From: the human T2T-CHM13v2.0 reference genome, Homo sapiens
Assembly: GCF_009914755.1 (NCBI RefSeq)
Contig: NC_060942.1
Length of the DNA: 64,000 nt
Strand: one strand, 5' to 3'
Shown: positions 57,887-64,000 of the stretch, piece by piece
How positions within the stretch are numbered: the stretch's first letter is position 1
Layout of the letters: each line of letters starts with the position of its first letter
Position numbers and translations under genes: made by a program
The notes under the pieces: model-generated
Seen by the model: the letters and a program-made list of their open reading frames with translations, nothing else
The model's database searches: none
Told to the model about the DNA's origin: nothing

Positions 57887-58158
57887 GCAATGCCAGCACT
57901 TTGGGAAGCCGAGGCGGGCGGATCACTTGAGGTAGGGAGTTCAAGACCAGCTTTGCCAACATGGTAAAACCCCATCTCTACTAAAAATACAAAAATTATC
58001 TAGGGGTGGTGGCACATGCCCATAATCCCAGCTACTCAGGAGGCTGAGGCACAATAATTACTTGAACCCAGGAGGCAGAGTTTGCAGTGAGTCAAGATTG
58101 TGCCACTGCACTCCATCCTGGGCGACAGAGTGAGACTGTCTCAAAAAGAAAACCAAAA
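57887..58158 (+). mobile_element. AluS, 5'-truncated, inside the 3' LTR of the provirus
   Basis: ccagcactttgggaagccgaggcgggcggatcacttgagg...gagactgtctcaaaaa; TSD-like aaaactatc / aaacctatc. Confidence 0.93.
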
Positions 58159-58929
58159 ACCTATCATCTTAATTATCTTTTTCATTCCTGTCTTTGGTAC
58201 ATCACATAATAATTAAAAATGCTTAATTTTGCTGAGATAGCTTATGTTTTCCTTACATAATTATGTGTGTGTGTATTGAATAATTGGTCTGACAATTAGT
58301 GCTCAATGCACCTTGCAATTTCTTTTTACTTTACATACTATTTAAATATGGGGAGAAGAAGACTTTAATAAAAAGTTTTTAAAAATTGTCAAATACTAAA
58401 AGAGGCTGGTATTAAATCCTGTTATACCAATGTATGGGGCAAATGATAATTGGAAGCAGCTTTAGAAAAAGTAAAAAATTTAGGAAAAGTAAAGAAAAAA
58501 ACAAAATTGTTTTCCCAACTTTAGAATTATTACAAGTAAGTGAAGGTGCTTTAGGGAGCCTCTCTCCATAAAGTCTTATCATCAGATAGGTTTTTACCAC
58601 CCTTTGTTAAGGATATGGTGATTTGGGAAGCATATTTTCTAACTCATATAGAGAGCTTACCTCAAAATCTTCTGGAAAATAACAGCCAGGAGTCTGAATG
58701 TCAGAGGGGTGAGAGGCACATTGAGAATCTGAAAAACAACCGCCGGCTGAGCCATAACTACTTTGTGTATTTCATGCTAAGTTTCATGTCTTTGTCCAGT
58801 TAACTCTGAGAGTAACTCGGGCTGTGGACGCTCAGGAGGACAAACAATCAAGCCTTTCTGTCCCTCCTCCTCCCCATCTCTCTAAATTGGGACCCTCCTT
58901 GTTCCTTCTTAATGTTTACCACTCTTGTA

Positions 58930-59110
58930 GTTTTATGTTGTTGGTGTGATTTTTAAAATTTTATCTCTATCCCTAGATTTTAAGTTCTAGGAGTGGGTCA
59001 ACCATGATGTTTTTTCTGTTCATTCTTGTATCAGTTGCACCAACACAATGCATGATACACCATAGCAACTATTTGTTACATGAACGAATGAATGTATAAG
59101 TAAATGAGTC
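58930..59110 (+). mobile_element. L2 3' terminus
   Basis: ctagattttaagttctaggag...gttcattcttgtatc...tatttgttacatgaacgaatgaatg. Confidence 0.65.
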
Positions 59111-59119
59111 TGAGGGTAA

Positions 59120-59282
59120 TACTATATATATAAATATACAGTATTACTCTATTATTATTATTATAGGATTATATTATTATAGTATTATTATATATAGTAT
59201 TACTATATATATATATATATATACACTCTTGTCTGTTAGACCAAATGCTGAAGAGTATATATATATGACTATATATATATGA

Positions 59283-59323
<41 letters not shown>

Positions 59324-59369
59324 GTACACACACACATATACTCTTGTCTGTTAGACCAAATGCTGAAGA
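59120..59369. repeat. Compound (TA)n/(CT)n/(CA)n microsatellite with a 30-bp direct repeat
   Basis: actcttgtctgttagaccaaatgctgaaga at 59225-59254 and 59340-59369. Confidence 0.9.
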
Positions 59370-59832
59370 TGTTCTTATACTATTTTGGATGTGTTGTGAT
59401 TGAGGCTACTCCTTGGCAAAGTTGTGCAGAAAGCACAATTTGTTTTCATATTTTCAGTGTCCATTTCCGGTCATTTATCACAGCTTCCCAGCTGCCCGTC
59501 ACTCCCCAGCCTTGTGGTCCAGTGAGAGCAACGTCTCCATAACAGAAAATATCCCTGAGGAAAGAATCTGGGATTCATTCATGGCAGCATGAAATGACTG
59601 AAGGGTTATCTCCCGTTCGGCAAACATTTTTCATTTTTATTTTTTTGTCAAAAATTGGTACAAGGCACTGGGTTTACAAAGAAGAATAAGAAATGATCTC
59701 TGTCTTAAAGAAGAAGTTGTAATTTATTACTTTCCCTGGGAGTATTTTTTTTAATCAGTAGGGACAATGTCATAAAAAATCCAACTCTTTACAATATTGG
59801 TATTAGTAGAATTTCAAATAAGAGACAGGTTA

Positions 59833-60285
<453 letters not shown>

Positions 60286-60399
60286 TCAGGCAGAAAGTCT
60301 TGAAACTGAATTGTGGCTTTCATCCAACCTTCTGCTCAGCCTCTCTTTTTGAGTGATCCAAACTGAACCCAAGGATTTTTCACCTCATTTCAATATTTT

Positions 60400-60725
60400 G
60401 GCTTCTAATGCTGCAGGTTTGCTTGCCCGTGTTTGAACTTTATATAAATGGACACATGCAGTGTGTACTCTTTCATGTTGGCTTTCCCACTCAACGTTAT
60501 TTTTGTGAGACATCCATATTGTGTCAGGCAGTTGGAGTTGATTTATTTTTACTGTTGTGTGATATTCCACGTGTAAAAACACAGAATATTAAAAAAATGA
60601 GTATCTATTGCATATCCATTGAATATTCAAGTGGAGAAATATGCACTGCATCACTAATAGACACAAACTAAAATTTACCCAAATGGCAATCAATAGCAGA
60701 ATGGATAAATAAATATATTCGGGAT
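60400..60725. mobile_element. Old L1M fragments in both orientations
   Basis: Antisense tttgaactttatataaatggacacatgcagtgtgtactc; sense cccaaatggcaatcaatagcagaatggataaataaa. Confidence 0.65.
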
Positions 60726-61567
60726 GCTATTTTGACTGTTTGCTTTTCTTCAGCAAATGTAGCATAGCACACAGTACAGAACATATGTTATTCGAGGAGT
60801 TTCTTTAAAAAGGAAATGTGTCAGAAAACATTTTATATCTATATGAGGGCTTCATAATTGCATTGCTATTTTTGTTAGTAATATAATAATAATAATTTAT
60901 GTAAGAAGATGTTGCTGCGTGGCAGGCCCTAATAGGACTATGCGTTGCTCAAATACTCTTCGAATGGGGAGCTCTGCTTGCTTTGAATACTGTTTATTGC
61001 TTTGAATACTGGCATCTTGATCGCCATAGTTGGTTGTGCTTCACCAAATCCCAGTAATTATTTGTAACAATCATCTGGGCCATGAGGCCGAGGGGCAGAT
61101 ACTTTGAGGACACTGTATTTATAACAAGAGAATAAGAGGGAGTGATCAAAATATGCGCAAGCACGATCCTAAAACCTTTTGAATGGTGATTGCACATATT
61201 AGTAATCATGACATTAGCTCACATAAGATCAGAGCCTTTCTAAAATTTTAAGTAATTTCACTGTCTTTTGTGCTACAAGTGTTAAAAGTTCAAAATTTTA
61301 AATAAAAGTTGTTCTATTTCTTATATGTATAGCTTCAGACATTGTTCTATTTCATGCAGTAATTTAAAAAATTATGTTTCTTGTCAATGTGTTTAATAAA
61401 ATGCCTATGGCCAAATTTTATTATCAGGAATTTATTTGCATGGCTCTAAAACTGTCCCATTCTTTGCATTTTCTTATGTCTTATGTATTATCTCCTGTGG
61501 TAAATCATCAGAAATACGATTATGTAGTCTCTGAATTCTTGATGACAACAGTGATTTCTACCTCAAC

Positions 61568-61738
61568 AGGGCTGCCTTGGTGGGCATGCAATCAGTCTCA
61601 TCACATTGGTCCTGCCTGTAGAAGACTCCACACTTGGTTTAATGTTCTGCGTCACCATCTAGAGTCTTACAATTTTTTAAGAGATCCCCTGTGTGTTCAT
61701 TTTGCATTGGAACTTGCAAATTATGGAGCCAGTTCTGA
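61568..61738. mobile_element. MER45A-like hAT-Tip100 MITE
   Basis: cagggctgcctt...cttggtttaatgttctgc...cattttgcattgg...gcaaattatggagccagttctg, with inverted termini. Confidence 0.75.
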
Positions 61739-61764
61739 CATTAAATAGAAACTGAAAAACTATT

Positions 61765-62191
61765 TGCAACAGTCAGGTTTTCCAGGAGGCAGGCTCTGCA
61801 CTGGAGTTTAGTACATAGGATGTTTATTAAGGAGGGCTCTTGGGATCCATATGTGTGGGAAGGATGGGAAGGACAAAAAAATTGACAGAGGGAGAAACTG
61901 AGCTGTCATTCAGGACCAATCACAGCCCCAGCTGACCCCTCAGGGAGCTCAAGGGCTAGACTGGCCTGTCTGAATTGTCCAGCATTGGACGGAGATGGCC
62001 CGGCCTTTATACTCCTTCCCACCTCACAGTAATCAGGTAATGGATTTGGGCTGTTCCCGCAAGAGAAAGGGGTGAGGCAGTCTCTGAAAGGGCTGAGAGC
62101 CAAAGGGACATGTCAACAGCACTTGAGTCATCTCAGACAACAGTCCTTCATTGTAGGGGGAACTGTTTCACACATTTCGTCGTCCCCTACA
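61765..62191 (-). mobile_element. ERVL solo LTR (LTR16/LTR33 group)
   Basis: ggaggcaggctctgcactggagtttagtacataggatgtttattaaggagggctcttgggatc...cagctgacccctcagggagctc. Confidence 0.7.
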
Positions 62192-63974
62192 GTCTTCTAC
62201 ATTTATGGACAAATGTTTGATTTCTGAAGGCACTTATGCATCATCTTCAAATATCCTCTTGGCATTAGGAATCAGCCAGTTTGTCACTATTCAATCATTT
62301 CCTAGCTGCTGGCTTATAAGCCGTTGCTGTTTTTCTTAAGTTGTGACAAGTTTTTACGGATCCATCTCCATATTCTCATTATTTCCCCTTTGGCCTGTGC
62401 ATAGATTTATTTGTTGGATGGATATCTGTACTTAGAAATTCAGCCCATGGAAATGAAAAGGGGCAAAGCTGATTGAAGTGGAATGGAATCTATGACCTTG
62501 ACCCTATTAAATATGCCTTGTAGACCAAACAAAATGACCCCATTTACCTTACTAAACTAAGCTGTTCCAGTCCCAGACAAAGAAGCGAGGACTTCCCAAC
62601 CATCTGCTATATTTACAGGTAGAAATTTAAAGAGTCCACTGGTCTTCTTTTAAGAATAATGAAATTCATTTTTGTTGTTGATTAATTAAAAAAAGTGCTT
62701 AAGTGTTTCAACTATACTAACAACATAGCAGAATTTGAAGTGCAAGACAATTGTTCTGCTTGGTTTGCTTTATAAAACCAGAGAGAATATTGAAGAAGCA
62801 CACAAACACAATCAAAAATTTAAAAGCATGTCCTAGAAACTAAAACTCCCAAACTTATATATAGTATTAGTATCCTTTATAAGAGTAAAGGAATTAAGAT
62901 AAAGAAAACAAAGAAGATGAAAAAAAGGCAGTTCATTAATTAAAAAAAATAAAAATAAAAAGCAATGGCCTAGTGACTTCTAGGTAGAAAGAAGAAGAAG
63001 ACAGATTACAATTGTTTTATGAAAACATTTCAGAGATGTTGGGTAGGGCAAAAAGAATAAATCTAACTTTAATTTTGAATTTATGATTTATAATGACTGA
63101 ATTTATTGCTAATTCTTTTAAATTGAAGGCCCCTCAAAACATCTTGTTATTTGCAAATATAATGTTTGGACTCTCGGAAAGCCTAGATGGCAATATTTCT
63201 CTAGTAACTTGACTTCTTTTTCCTTAGGATTACATAAATGCTGGATGGTAACTTTATTTAAAGAACAGAAAAGACAATGTAAAAAATATTGTATAGATGT
63301 TTTCATTATTCTTAATATTTCAAATAAACAATTCCAAGGATCTCTAAATATTTCTGATACCACAATTTTTATATTTATATTTTTTATATTCCAGAGATAC
63401 TGGAAATCCATTTGAACCAGCCAACTTGTCTCTTAACCAAAAGATACCAAAGTGGAAGTTATAAAATTAGCAGCTAAATTGTTATTGCTTAAAAAGGGAA
63501 AACAAAATCTTACATTATATAATCTTAGATATAGTAGAAGTATCTGACTACACTAGCTGAAAATGTATGAATTCTATTACCATGGCTTCATACGCTTAAG
63601 ATTTTGTACCTATAAAACTGTCAATCCCCTGGAAGACTATATACCAGCATGGTATCACTTTTTATACCACAAAATGAATTATCATTCGATGTCTAGATAG
63701 CAGCACTGGGGGTACAAAGGTGGACAGGTAGCTTAAGTGGGTCATAGAAAGGATTCATGCATGAAAACCCAAGTGAAATATTGTGATTAGTCCTGTCCTT
63801 ACTTTTAGCATTATAATTGTCTTTTGATATGTCACTTGTCTATCTCTTTCATTACACAGCGGACTTCCTAAAGTTAGGGATTTGTTTAATCTCTCTAGCA
63901 CACTGATGAAGTAAACTGTCAATGAATAATTACGGAAAGAAGAGATGATTACATTGGTGATATCTACTGCTCCA

Positions 63975-64000
63975 ACACACACACACACACACACACACAC
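63975..64000. repeat. (CA)n microsatellite running off the window end
   Basis: Direct observation. Confidence 0.95.

Overview
Primate (very likely human) nuclear DNA, dominated by interspersed repeats (Alu, L1, L2, MIR, MaLR/ERV LTRs, hAT and Tigger DNA transposons), with no intact protein-coding gene that I can recognise. The only clear gene-derived sequence is a full-length, inactivated processed pseudogene of HNRNPA1 (~51689-53069, + strand, short isoform, poly(A) tail and TSD). It sits inside a very old two-LTR, non-coding ERV1-type provirus (~49574-58201) that also hosts an LTR28-like LTR, an MSTA LTR and an Alu. Other large items are a near-full-length L1MA-type element on the minus strand (~24855-32648) carrying a younger L1PA insertion, and a MER52 solo LTR (18274-19739). 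Repeat subfamily names come from remembered consensus sequences and need RepeatMasker/Dfam confirmation. Almost all ORFs in the supplied track are repeat-derived or chance. I found no convincing evidence of a novel biological system; the findings are evolutionary curiosities and low-confidence regulatory or exon candidates.
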